A stretch of DNA of 64,000 nt, from assembly GCA_963702425.1 (NCBI GenBank), contig CAVPCQ010000006.1, positions 32,001 to 96,000 of the forward strand, given 5' to 3'. The DNA comes from an uncultured Acidobacteriota bacterium. GTDB taxonomy: Bacteria; Acidobacteriota; Polarisedimenticolia; J045. Position 1 is the first letter of the stretch; each line of letters opens with the position of its first letter. The notes beneath the pieces are model-generated. The model searched no databases. It was not told the DNA's origin and worked only from the letters and a program-made list of their open reading frames with translations. The translations under genes were made by a program, and so were the position numbers. This document shows positions 33,167 through 43,397 of this stretch, piece by piece.

Positions 33167-34075
33167 CGTCCCTCCTCGTGTTCGGCAGACCGAGCGTCTG
33201 GGCCAGCGTGACGATGGTCGAAGCTCGACCCGCTCGGGGGTGCACGGCCGCAAGGTTGTACGGCGCAGTGCACACCGGCTCGTCCTCCGGATGGACGGAC
33301 TCCGTGGCGTTGGCAACTTCGGGTCGGGAGGAACGAGCGACGGATCTTGGAGACGAGGCAGCGCCGGCGAGGCCGAGGAGAATCGTCCCTCGAAGGCTTG
33401 CATGCTCCCGCCCGGCGCACCGATCCACGCCTCCTCCTTGGAGCGGTCGACTCTGGCCACGGGAACCGGCGCGAGTGACGTCCTTGTCGAGAGCACCCAG
33501 ACCGTTCAGCCGGAGCCAGCGAACCGGCCCAATTGGCGCGAGTCCTCAGTTTCACTGGCACAGTAGATACAGCTCGACAAGCGAAGTCAACACACTCTCG
33601 CTCGCGATCGGCGGGAATCATACGTTGTGACGCTTACTGCACCGGGTCGGTCGGACAGCCGGCGTGAGAAGCCGGCGCGGATCTGTCCCACCCACCGACG
33701 ACGGTCTCCCCGCCGACGACCTCGTACCCAAGGCGCTCTCCCGCGCCACGGGGGCTTTCCGGGGACGTCTCCCGCTGCGGCGCCGGCGCAGGAGCGCTCT
33801 CCCGTGCCACGGGAGGTTCTCCGAGATGCCGGAAGGGGCTTCATCCGGCGCGCGGCCTCCCAAAGCCGCCAGAAAGGAGCGACGCGACCGTCACGACGAA
33901 TGGGTCTGGTATCGCGCTGATGATCCCGCGGGGCTGAACGAGCCTGGCGGACGGCGAGTTCTTTGCGACGGTCTCGGCCGGGCGGTCGTGGTTTCGGTTC
34001 GACGACCTGCTGCGGCCGGGGGGGCTGATCGAGGACGTTCGGGCTTTGGCGCGCGCGGGTGACGTGCGGGCCCGG

Positions 34076-34606
34076 TCAGTCCAGCGGCTTCGCCTCGATC
34101 GTCAGGCTCGTCACCACCCCCTTCGTGTCCGAGAAGCGCGCCACCGTCAGCGGCTTGCCGGGGACGAGCAGCACGTTCAGGTCCTGGCGGAAGGTCGTGA
34201 CGATCGGCTGCTCGGGGGCGCCCGGGGCAGGACCGCGCAGCGAGGAGTCCTCGCAGGAGCCTTCGACCGCGATCCGTCCGTCCTTCAGTCGGTCGCACCT
34301 CAGATCCGCCATGAACCCGACGTTCTGGTAGCTGAAGCTGGTGACCGGAACGTGGACCCCTTCTCGGACGCCGCATTGAAGGTCGTCGCCGGGATCGGGA
34401 AGCGGGTTCCGACCGTGAGCGTGGTCCGCTTCGCCGGAGCGACAGACCATCGAGAAAGTCCTGGCCTGCTCGGGCTTGCCGTCGCGCTCGGCGCCGACGC
34501 TGATCGTGAGCTGGATGTTCTCGGGGGCGGGAGAGGATTGCGCGAGGGCGAGGGGGGCGCAGAGTGCGGCGAAGAGCAGGGCGAGCACGGTCGCGCGGGT
34601 CGGCAT
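34076..34606 (-). CDS. Secreted hypothetical protein with secretin-like beta-strand motif
   Basis: Signal peptide; SFSYQNVG; alternate frame gives TLTVGTRFPIP, implying compensating indels ~34350-34435. Confidence 0.55.
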   Translation of the reverse strand: MPTRATVLALLFAALCAPLALAQSSPAPENIQLTISVGAERDGKPEQARTFSMVCRSGEADHAHGRNPLPDPGDDLQCGVREGVHVPVTSFSYQNVGFMADLRCDRLKDGRIAVEGSCEDSSLRGPAPGAPEQPIVTTFRQDLNVLLVPGKPLTVARFSDTKGVVTSLTIEAKPLD

Positions 34607-34685
34607 CGTCGAGATCCTCCAGCGCGCGTCCGGCGCGCTCGATGAGTCTACGGACCGGCGCCGCGCCGCGTCTAGCTCGAGCGGC

Positions 34686-35609
34686 TCAGGCGCGCCGTGC
34701 CGTCGCCGCGAGCCAGGCCGCGCCGCGCACCCCGCTGGCATCGCCGTGGATCGGCGGCAGCAGGCGCGTGTCGACGCGGTCGGAGAAGACCCACTGCGAC
34801 CAGAGCGCGGGCACCCGCTCGGTGAGCTGCGGCAGCCGCGACAGCCCGCCGCCGAGCACGATCGCATCGGGATCGAGCAGGTTGACGACGTGCGCCAGCG
34901 CGCGCGCGAGGCGCTCGGCGTGGCGCTCGAGCGCGAGCGCGCACACCGCATCGCCGGCCGCGGCGCGGGTTGCGATCTCGGCGGCGGAGAGCGCAGCGCC
35001 GTCCGCGCTCCCGGTCGCCCGCGCGTGATCGCGCGCGAGCCCGGGTCCGGACAGGAAGGTCTCGATGCAGCCCGCGCGCCCGCACCAGCAGGGCGGGTGG
35101 GGCCGCTCGTCCTCCCGCGGCCAGGGGAGCGGATTGTGGCCCCACTCGCCCGCGATCGCGTTCGGGCCGGCGAGCAGCCGCCCGTCGACGACGATCCCGC
35201 CGCCGACGCCGGTCCCGAGGATCACGCCGAAGACGACACGCGCCCCCGCACCCGCACCGTCGGTCGCTTCCGACAGCGCGAAGCAGTCGGCGTCGTTGGC
35301 GAGCGCCACCGGCCGGCCGAGCGCGCGCTCGACGTCGCGCCGGAAAGGGCGTCCGTTGAGCCAGGTCGAGTTGGCGTTCTTCACCAGCCCGGTTGCGGGT
35401 GAGATCGCCCCCGGCATCCCAATCCCGACGCGGCAGCGCGCCATCACCGCGTGCTCGAAGCCGTGGACCAGCTCGGCGATCGAGGCCAGCGTCGCCTCGT
35501 AGTCGCCCCGCGGCGTCGGCACGCGGCGCCGCGCCAGCTCGGTCCCGTCGGGGGCGAGCGCGATCCCCTCGATCTTCGTGCCTCCGAGATCGATCCCGAC
35601 CCGGTTCAT
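34686..35609 (-). CDS. ROK family sugar kinase (Mak/fructokinase-like)
   Basis: GIDLGGTK, NANSTWLNG, NDADCF, GTGVGGG, GEWGH, CWCG..GCIE. Confidence 0.93.
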   Translation of the reverse strand: MNRVGIDLGGTKIEGIALAPDGTELARRRVPTPRGDYEATLASIAELVHGFEHAVMARCRVGIGMPGAISPATGLVKNANSTWLNGRPFRRDVERALGRPVALANDADCFALSEATDGAGAGARVVFGVILGTGVGGGIVVDGRLLAGPNAIAGEWGHNPLPWPREDERPHPPCWCGRAGCIETFLSGPGLARDHARATGSADGAALSAAEIATRAAAGDAVCALALERHAERLARALAHVVNLLDPDAIVLGGGLSRLPQLTERVPALWSQWVFSDRVDTRLLPPIHGDASGVRGAAWLAATARRA

Positions 35610-36304
35610 GCGACGAGCCCTTCCCGCGCCGCTGCCGCCCGGGCGGCGGACGCGAACGCGCGGACGCGGTCGAGACTCTTGCGTCCCGCGGCGTCCTCCA
35701 CCCCGGTGTGGGCGTCGACCCCGGCCGGTCGCACTGCGGCGACCGCCGCGGCCACGTTGCCGGGGGTCAGCCCTCCGGCGAGGATCAGCGGGCGCGGCGA
35801 GCGCGCGGCGAGCCGGGCGCTCACGCCCCAGTCGTGCGTCCGGCCGGTCGCGCCGCGGGCGCCACTGGCGGGATCGAAGGTGTCGGTGACGAACGCGTCG
35901 ACGAGCGGGGCGAGGCGCGCGACGCGCTCGGCGAGCATCGCTTCCGGCGCCGCGCCGATCACGAGGCTCTTCCAGAGCGCGAGTTCCGGCGCGAGCCGCC
36001 GCAGCTCGACGATCTCGTCCCTCGCCGGCTCGCCGTGGAGCTGGACGGTGCGGGCCCCGATCGCGTGCGCCAGCGCGGCGATCTCGTCGGCGCGCTCGAG
36101 GTAGGTGATCAGCACCGCTTCGACCGCGGGAGGGAGCGCGGCCGCGAGTTCCGCCGCCGCGCGCTCGTTGCAGTCCTCGGCGTGGACCGGCAGCCGCAGC
36201 GGGAAGCCGACGTGTGTCGCGCCGCCTTCGACCGCGGCGCGGAGATCGGCCGCGTCAGCGATCCCGGCGACCTGGATCACGAAGCACCCGCCGGGCAGTG
36301 GCAC
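35606..36304 (-). CDS. trpF: Phosphoribosylanthranilate isomerase-like protein
   Basis: VQLHG, GATGRTHDW, LAGGLTPGNV, GVDAHTGVE. Confidence 0.8.
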   Translation of the reverse strand: MPLPGGCFVIQVAGIADAADLRAAVEGGATHVGFPLRLPVHAEDCNERAAAELAAALPPAVEAVLITYLERADEIAALAHAIGARTVQLHGEPARDEIVELRRLAPELALWKSLVIGAAPEAMLAERVARLAPLVDAFVTDTFDPASGARGATGRTHDWGVSARLAARSPRPLILAGGLTPGNVAAAVAAVRPAGVDAHTGVEDAAGRKSLDRVRAFASAARAAAAREGLVA

Positions 36305-36305
36305 G

Positions 36306-37022
36306 TCAGCGGCCCGGTGCCGCCGCGTCGGCGGACGCGGGCGGCTGGGAGGTGACGAGCGGCGCCAGGTGAGGCACGACGTTCCGCGCCACGATCCGCT
36401 GCCCCTCGGCGGTCGGGTGGATCCCGTCGGCCTGGTTGAGCTCGGGATGTCCGGCGACCCCCTCCAGCAGGAACGGCACCAGCGGCAGCTCGAGCTGCCG
36501 GGCCAGCCGCGGGTAGATCGCGGCGAAACCGCTGGCGTATGCGCCGCCGTAGTTGGGCGGCATCAGCATCCCGGCCAGCAGCACCCGGGCCCCGGCGGCG
36601 CGCGCCTTGGCGACGATCGCGGCCAGGTTGGCTTCGATCGCCTCGAGCGGCTGCCCGCGCAGCCCGTCGTTGGCGCCGAGCGCGACCACCACGACCTGCG
36701 GCCGGTTCTTCAGGGCCCAGTCGAGGCGCCGCAGGCCGCCCGCCGTGGTGTCGCCCGAGACGCCGGCATTGACCGCGCGGATCGGCGTGCCGCGCTCGGC
36801 GAGGGCGGCGGCAACGAGCGCCGGGAAGGCCTCGTCCGCGGCCAGGCCGTAGCCGGCGGTCAGGCTGTCGCCGAGAAAGACGACGACCGGCGGCGATCCG
36901 GCGGCCGCGGCGGGAGCGGGAGAAGGCGGCGCCTGGGCGGTCGCGAATCGGGGCGCGAGGCCCGGCGCGAGGGCGGCCGCGCCGGCCAGGCTGGCGACGA
37001 TCGCGAAGCGGCGATACAACAT
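36306..37022 (-). CDS. tesA: Arylesterase/acyl-CoA thioesterase I (SGNH)
   Basis: GDSL, NAGVSGDTT, GAND, DGIHP; divergent from ybbAP-like genes. Confidence 0.9.
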   Translation of the reverse strand: MLYRRFAIVASLAGAAALAPGLAPRFATAQAPPSPAPAAAAGSPPVVVFLGDSLTAGYGLAADEAFPALVAAALAERGTPIRAVNAGVSGDTTAGGLRRLDWALKNRPQVVVVALGANDGLRGQPLEAIEANLAAIVAKARAAGARVLLAGMLMPPNYGGAYASGFAAIYPRLARQLELPLVPFLLEGVAGHPELNQADGIHPTAEGQRIVARNVVPHLAPLVTSQPPASADAAAPGR

Positions 37023-37046
37023 CCAGCCCTCCCGGAACCCGTGACG

Positions 37047-37742
37047 ATGAACCCCGTGCCGCGCCTCGAACTCCGCCGCCTGACGCGCCGCCTGCCGTCG
37101 GGCGGGCGCGAGCTGACGATTCTAGACAGCGTCGACCTGTCCATCGACCCCGGCGAGTGCGTCGCGATCCTCGGGCCGTCCGGGAGCGGCAAGTCGACGA
37201 TGCTGGCCCTGATGGCGGGGCTCGACCGGCCCTCCGCCGGCGAGGTCCTGATCGACGGCGCGCCGATCCAGGATCTCTCCGAGGACGCCCTCGCGCTGCT
37301 GCGCCGCCGGACGATCGGCTTCGTCTTCCAGTCCTACCAGCTGCTCGCCAACCTGACCGCGCTCGAGAACGTGATGCTCCCGGTGGAACTCGCCGGCGCC
37401 TCCGACGCCCCCGCGCGGGCCGGCGCCCTGCTGGCCGAGGTCGGGCTCGCCGAGCGGGGGCACCACTATCCCTCGCAGCTCTCGGGCGGGGAACAGCAGC
37501 GGGTCGCGCTGGCCCGCGCCTTCGCCGCCGCGCCGCCGCTGCTGCTCGCCGACGAGCCGACGGGAAACCTCGACAGCGCGACCGGGGCCCGCGTGCTCGA
37601 CACGCTGATGGCGCTGCGTGCGCAGCACGGCACGACGCTGGTGATGGTCACGCACGACCCCGCGATCGCCGCCCGCGCCGACCGGCAGGTTCATCTGCGC
37701 GACGGCCGGATCGAGCGCATCACGGCGGGCGGCGCGGCGTGA
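37047..37742 (+). CDS. ABC transporter ATP-binding protein (YbbA-like)
   Basis: GPSGSGKST, LSGGEQQR, DEPTGNLD, VTHD. Confidence 0.93.
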   Translation: MNPVPRLELRRLTRRLPSGGRELTILDSVDLSIDPGECVAILGPSGSGKSTMLALMAGLDRPSAGEVLIDGAPIQDLSEDALALLRRRTIGFVFQSYQLLANLTALENVMLPVELAGASDAPARAGALLAEVGLAERGHHYPSQLSGGEQQRVALARAFAAAPPLLLADEPTGNLDSATGARVLDTLMALRAQHGTTLVMVTHDPAIAARADRQVHLRDGRIERITAGGAA

Positions 37743-40292
37743 GGCTGCGCGCGTTCGGCGCCTACGCCCGGCGCGAGGCGCGCGGCGCCCTGGGGACGGA
37801 TGGTCTTCTTCGCCGCCTGCCTGTCGGTCGGCGTGGCGGCGATCGTCGCGGTCGCGGGGCTCTCGCGTGGCCTCGCCGACGGGATCCGGGGCGAGGCCCG
37901 CGCGCTGCTCGCGGCGGACCTCGTCGTCTCGGGAAGCCGCCCGATCCCGCCCGAGCTCGATGCGCTGCTCGCCGGTACGCCGGGGGTGCGGCGCGCCGAC
38001 GTCCGCGAGCTGGCGACGATGGTGGCGGCGCCAGGGGTCGACGGCGTCCCCGGCCGCAGCCTGCTGGTGCAGCTCAAGGCGGTCGACGGCGAGTACCCGT
38101 TCTACGGCCGGCTCGAGCTGGATCCGCCGCGGCCGCTCGGCGAGCTGCTCGCCGCCGACGCCGCCGTGATCGGCCCCGAACTCGCCAGCCGGCTCGGGCT
38201 CTCCGTCGGCGACCCGCTGCTGCTCGGCGGGGAGCGGTTCCGCGTCGCCGGGATCGTCCGCTCGGAGCCCGATCGCGTCGTGGCCGGCTTCTCGATCGGG
38301 CCGCGCGTGTTCCTGAACGGCGCCGGATTGACCCGCGCGGGCCTCGACACGCGCGGCAGCCGCGTCGAGCACAAGGCGCTGCTGGCGCTGTCCGGCGACC
38401 CGCCCGAGGCAGTCGACGCGCTCGCAGCGCGAATCCGGTCCGGGCTCCCGGGCGCGACCTGGTACGACGTCGACACCTACCGCGAGGGGCAGCCGGCGCT
38501 GCGCGAGGGGCTGAAGCGCGCGGAGCGTTTCCTCGGGCTGGTCGCGCTGCTGTCGCTGCTGGTCGGAGGGATCGGCGTGGCGCAGGCGGCCCGGGCCTGG
38601 ATCGCCGGACGGCTGGACGCGATCGCGGTGCTGCGCGCGCTCGGCGTGCGGCCGCGCGAGGTCTTCTCGATCTACCTCGCGGAGGCGGCGCTGCTCGGGC
38701 TCGCCGGGAGCCTGGCCGGGGCCCTGCTCGGGCTGGGCTTTTCGGCGCTCGCGCCGGTCCTGCTGCGGGACCTGCTGCCGGCGGTGCCGGTGCGCTTCTT
38801 CAGCCCGCTTGCGATGCTGCGCGGCGTGGCGCTCGGGACGATCGTCGCGGCGGCCTTCAGCGTGCCGTCCCTGGCTGCCGTCTGGCGCGTGCCGCCGGTC
38901 CGCGTGCTGCGCCGCGATGCCGAGCCGCTGCGCACGCCGTGGCCGGTCCGGCTGGCGCTGGGAGCGATCGTGCTCGGCGGCGTCCTCGCGGCCGCCTGGG
39001 CGCAGGCCGGCTCGCTGCGCACCGCGGCGGCCTTCACGGCCGGGATCGCGGCGACGGTCGCTGCCCTCGCGGCCGGCGCGTGGGCCGTCGCGCGCCTCGT
39101 CGGACGCGGGCCGCGCGGAGCGGCGCCGGTCTGGGTGCGCCACGGCCTGGCGGCGCTGGCCCGGCCGGGCGCGGCGACGCTGGGGGCGATCGTCGCGCTC
39201 GGCCTCGGCGTGACGGTCGTGCTGGCGATGCAGATCGTGCAGTCGCGGCTGGCGGGGCAACTCGGCGCGGACGTCCCGACCTCGGCCCCGACCGCCTTCA
39301 TCGTCGACATCCAGCCCGACCAATGGGGCGCGCTCCGGGCGCAGCTCGAGAGCGAGGGGGCGGAGGGGATCGAGAGCGCGCCGGTCGTCGTCGGGCGCCT
39401 CGCGGCGATCGACGGCAAGCCGCTCGCGGAGATCGCCGATCCGAAGACGAAGCCGAGCGACTGGGAGGACGGCCGGCGCCGCTGGGCGCTGACCCGCGAG
39501 CAGCGCATCACCTACCGTGCCGCGCTGCCCGAGGGGAACGAGCTCGTCGCCGGCACGCTCTGGTCCGATCCGGACCACCCGGAGCTGTCGGTGGAGGAGG
39601 AGTTCGCGCGCCAGCTCGGCGTCGTCGTCGGGTCCTCGCTCACGCTCGACGTGCAGGGGGTCGCGCTCGAGTTCCGGGTGACGAGCATCCGCCGCGTCGA
39701 GTGGAAGACCTTCGGCATCAATTTCTTCCTGCTGGCCGAGCCGGGCTCGCTCGACGACGCGCCGCAGTTCCGGCTGGCGACGCTGCGCCTGCCGGCGGAT
39801 CGCGAGCTGGCGGTGCAGGACCGGCTCGCCGCGGCCTTTCCCAACGTCACGCTGATCAACGTGCGGCAGATCCTGGACCGGGTCTCCGCCGTGATCGCGC
39901 GGATCGGCCAGGCCGTCCGGTTCCTCGGGCTGTTCACCGTCGTGGCCGGGGTGCTCATTCTGGCCGGGGCGGTCGGCGCCACGGCGGCCCGGCGCGCGCA
40001 GGAGGTGGCCGTGCTGAAGACGCTCGGCATGACCCGCGCCGGCGTCGCGGCGGTCTTCTCGCTGGAGTACGCGCTGGTCGGGCTGGTCGCCGGGACGATC
40101 GGCGCGGTCGGCGCCGCGGCGCTGGCGTGGGCGGTGCTGACCCGCGGGATGGAGATCGCCTGGCGCTGGCCGTGGGGCACGCTCGCCGCGGGAGTGGTCC
40201 TCGCCGTGCTCCTCTCCGTCGTCGCCGGGCTGAGCGCCAGCCGCGGGGCGCTGGCCCGGCGGCCGATCGAGGTCCTGCGCGCGGAGCTGTGA
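37739..40292 (+). CDS. ABC transporter permease, YbbP/FtsX-like (apparent frameshift ~37790)
   Basis: LKAVDGEYPFYG, LLVGGIGV, FIVDIQPDQ, two FtsX-type TM blocks. Confidence 0.9.
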
Positions 40293-40298
40293 GCCGGC

Positions 40299-41693
40299 TC
40301 AGGTCTCGATGTCGTCCAACCGGTTCTCGAAGCGCGTGAACTGCTTGACGAAGAAGAGCGGGACGTAGCCGGTCGGGCCGTTGCGCTGCTTGGCGACGAT
40401 GATCTCCGCCATCCCCTCCAGCCCCTTCTCGACGACCTTCGCGTCGTCCTTCTCGTAGACCTCCGGCCGGTAGATGAAGACCACCACGTCGGCGTCCTGC
40501 TCGATCGCGCCCGACTCGCGCAGGTCCGAGAGCTGCGGCTTGTGATCCCCCTGGCGCTGATCGGGCGCGCGCGAGAGCTGGGAGAGCGCGATCACGGGGA
40601 CGTTCAGTTCCTTGGCCAGTCCCTTCATCGCGCCGCTGATCTCGGAGATCTCCTGTTGCCGGCTTTCCACCCGCCGCTCCGAGCGCATCAACTGCAGGTA
40701 GTCGACGACGACCAGGTCGAGGCCGTGCTCGGCCTTCAGGCGCCGGGCCTTGGCCCGGATCTCCATCGGCGTCACCGCCGAGGAGTCGTCGATGTAGAGC
40801 CGGGTGCGATCGTAGGTCTCGAACGCGGCGACGAGCCGGTCCCACTCCTCGCGGTTGAGCCGCCCGGTGCGCAGCTTGTAGAGGTCGATCCGGCCCTCGC
40901 CGCAGAGCAGGCGGTAGAACAGCTGCTTGGCCGCCATCTCCAGCGAGAAGATCGCGACCGACGCGCGCTCGTGGACCGCCGCGTGCTGCGCCATGTTGAG
41001 CGCGAGCGTCGTCTTGCCCATCGACGGCCGCGCGGCGAGGATGATCAGGTCGCCGCCCTGCAGCCCGGCCGTCATCTGGTCGAACTTGGTGTAGCCGGTG
41101 GCGAGGCCGGTGATCGCCTCGCGCTTCTCCGCCATCTCCTCGATCGAGCGCAGCGCCTCGTGCGCGATGCTCTGGACCGGCACCAGCCCGCCGCGCCGGC
41201 CGGTCTCCTGCAGCCGGAAGAAGCGCTGCATCGCCTCGTCGAGGATCTCGACCGCCGGGCGGCCGGCGGCTGCCGACTCGGCCCGCAGCGAGTCGGCCAG
41301 GAAGAGCGTCTGGCGCAGCAGCGACCGGTCGTGAACGATCCGGGCGTAGACCGCGGCGTTCGTGGCCCGCGGCAGGCCGTCGATCAGCGAGGCGACGTAG
41401 GCCGAGCCCCCGGCCCGCTCCAGCGTCGACTGGCGGTCCATCTCGGCACAGACGGTGACGGCGTCGATCGCCTCGGCCCGGCGGGACAGCGCGACCATCG
41501 CCTCGAAGACGCGGCGGTGGGATTCCCGGTGGAAGTCCTCCGGATTGAGGATCTCGAGGGCCGGATCCAGCGCGGCCGGCTCGAGCAGCACGGCTCCGAG
41601 CACGGCCCTTTCGGCCTGCTCGTCCCACGGGAGTCGAAGGTCCCCGCGTTCGGCGGCGGGGCCGCCGGAGGGTGTCGGTGACGGAGCGCTCAT
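40299..41693 (-). CDS. dnaB: Replicative DNA helicase
   Basis: AERAVLG, AARPSMGKT, FSLEM, VDYLQL, SQLSR, DLRESGAIEQDAD, KQRNGP. Confidence 0.98.
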   Translation of the reverse strand: MSAPSPTPSGGPAAERGDLRLPWDEQAERAVLGAVLLEPAALDPALEILNPEDFHRESHRRVFEAMVALSRRAEAIDAVTVCAEMDRQSTLERAGGSAYVASLIDGLPRATNAAVYARIVHDRSLLRQTLFLADSLRAESAAAGRPAVEILDEAMQRFFRLQETGRRGGLVPVQSIAHEALRSIEEMAEKREAITGLATGYTKFDQMTAGLQGGDLIILAARPSMGKTTLALNMAQHAAVHERASVAIFSLEMAAKQLFYRLLCGEGRIDLYKLRTGRLNREEWDRLVAAFETYDRTRLYIDDSSAVTPMEIRAKARRLKAEHGLDLVVVDYLQLMRSERRVESRQQEISEISGAMKGLAKELNVPVIALSQLSRAPDQRQGDHKPQLSDLRESGAIEQDADVVVFIYRPEVYEKDDAKVVEKGLEGMAEIIVAKQRNGPTGYVPLFFVKQFTRFENRLDDIET

Positions 41694-41750
41694 GATCAAA
41701 CCGTGACGCCGCCGGGAGAGAATCGGCGGACGGCATAGAATACCCCTGTC

Positions 41751-42123
<373 letters not shown>

Positions 42124-42167
42124 GACACCTTTCGCCGGCCGGGATCTCGGGGAGAACCGCGATCGCC

Positions 42168-43397
42168 ATGATCGATCTGACCACGCTGTACGACGACGTC
42201 GCCGCGGAGGTGGCGCGCCAGGCCCCGCGGCTGGCGGGGCTGGCCCGCGACCTGCACCTGTCGCCGGAGCTGGGCTGCAGTGAGTTCCACGCGGTCACGC
42301 TGCTCTCGGGGACGCTCGAGGAGGAGCGGTTCCACGTCGAGACCGGGATCGCCGGGCTGCCGACCGCCTTTCGTGCCGAGCGGCGCGCCGGCGAGGGGCC
42401 GGCCGTCGCGTTCCTGGTCGAGTACGACGCCGTGCCGGGCCTCGGCCACGCGTGTGGTCACAACCTCATCGGGGCGGCAGCGTGCAGCGCCGCGATCGGG
42501 CTGGCCCGGGTACTGGGCGCGGTCCCGGGGCGGGTGCTCGTGTTCGGCGCGCCAGCCGAGGAAACGATCGGTGGCAAGGTCGTGCTGGCCGCGCGCGGCG
42601 CGTTCGAAGGGATCGACGTGGCGCTGCTGGCCCACCCGGGGAGCGAAGATCGGGCCGCGGTGACGAGCCTCGCGTCCTGGTCGGTCGAGGTCACCTTCCA
42701 CGGCCGGTCGGCCCACGCGGTGGCGTCACCGGAACAGGGGATCAACGCGCTGGACGCGATGATTCAGCTCTTCATCGCCCGCGACGCGCTGCTCAAGGCG
42801 CTGCGGCCCGAGGTCCGGATGCCGGGTGTGATCCTCGAAGGGGGGGTGCGCGCGAACGTGGTTCCGGACCGCGCGCGCGCGCGGTTCAGCCTGCGCGCGG
42901 CCGATGCCCGTTATCTCGTCGAGACGGTCGCCGCGCGCTTCCGCGGCGTGGTCGACGGGGTCGCCCGCGCGACCGGTACCAGCGCGACGATCGTGCCGAT
43001 CGACAACCTCTACGATGAGATGGTGAACAACCCGGTGCTGGCGGCGACCTATGAGCAAGAGGCCCGCCGGGCCGGGCTCGATCCGCGTCCCGGTCCCGGC
43101 GGGACGATCGGTTCCCTCGACATGGGGACGCTCTCGCACCTCGTGCCGGCGCTGCACCCGACCTTCCGCATCACCGGGTCCCCGGTCCCCACGCACACCC
43201 CCGAGTTCACCCGGGCCGCGGGCACGCCGCAGGCGATCGAGGCAACGGGCCGAGCGGCGCTGGCCCTGGCCCGGACGGGCCTGGCGGTGCTGAGCGACCC
43301 GGACCTGCTGGCGCGGGCGCAGGCCGCGCACCGTGCGGCGATCGGAGCCTGGCGCCGGATCGACGCGCCGGTGATCACCGAGCAGGGCGGACCGTGA
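42168..43397 (+). CDS. M20 family amidohydrolase
   Basis: PELG..EF, EYDAVPGLGHACGHN, PAEE, GSLDMG. Confidence 0.9.
   Translation: MIDLTTLYDDVAAEVARQAPRLAGLARDLHLSPELGCSEFHAVTLLSGTLEEERFHVETGIAGLPTAFRAERRAGEGPAVAFLVEYDAVPGLGHACGHNLIGAAACSAAIGLARVLGAVPGRVLVFGAPAEETIGGKVVLAARGAFEGIDVALLAHPGSEDRAAVTSLASWSVEVTFHGRSAHAVASPEQGINALDAMIQLFIARDALLKALRPEVRMPGVILEGGVRANVVPDRARARFSLRAADARYLVETVAARFRGVVDGVARATGTSATIVPIDNLYDEMVNNPVLAATYEQEARRAGLDPRPGPGGTIGSLDMGTLSHLVPALHPTFRITGSPVPTHTPEFTRAAGTPQAIEATGRAALALARTGLAVLSDPDLLARAQAAHRAAIGAWRRIDAPVITEQGGP

Larger units (their letters stand above)
30060..33640. other. Lower-GC genomic island (approximate limits)
   Basis: Hand-counted lines give 50-57% GC against more than 70% in flanks; many A/T-ending codons; no integrase seen. 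Confidence 0.7.

Noticed and set aside
29787-33659. GTCGGACAGC 10-bp direct repeat (29787, 33650) as island att/target duplication
   Set aside because: Short GC-rich match expected by chance; no integrase or tRNA target; the left copy lies outside the compositional boundary
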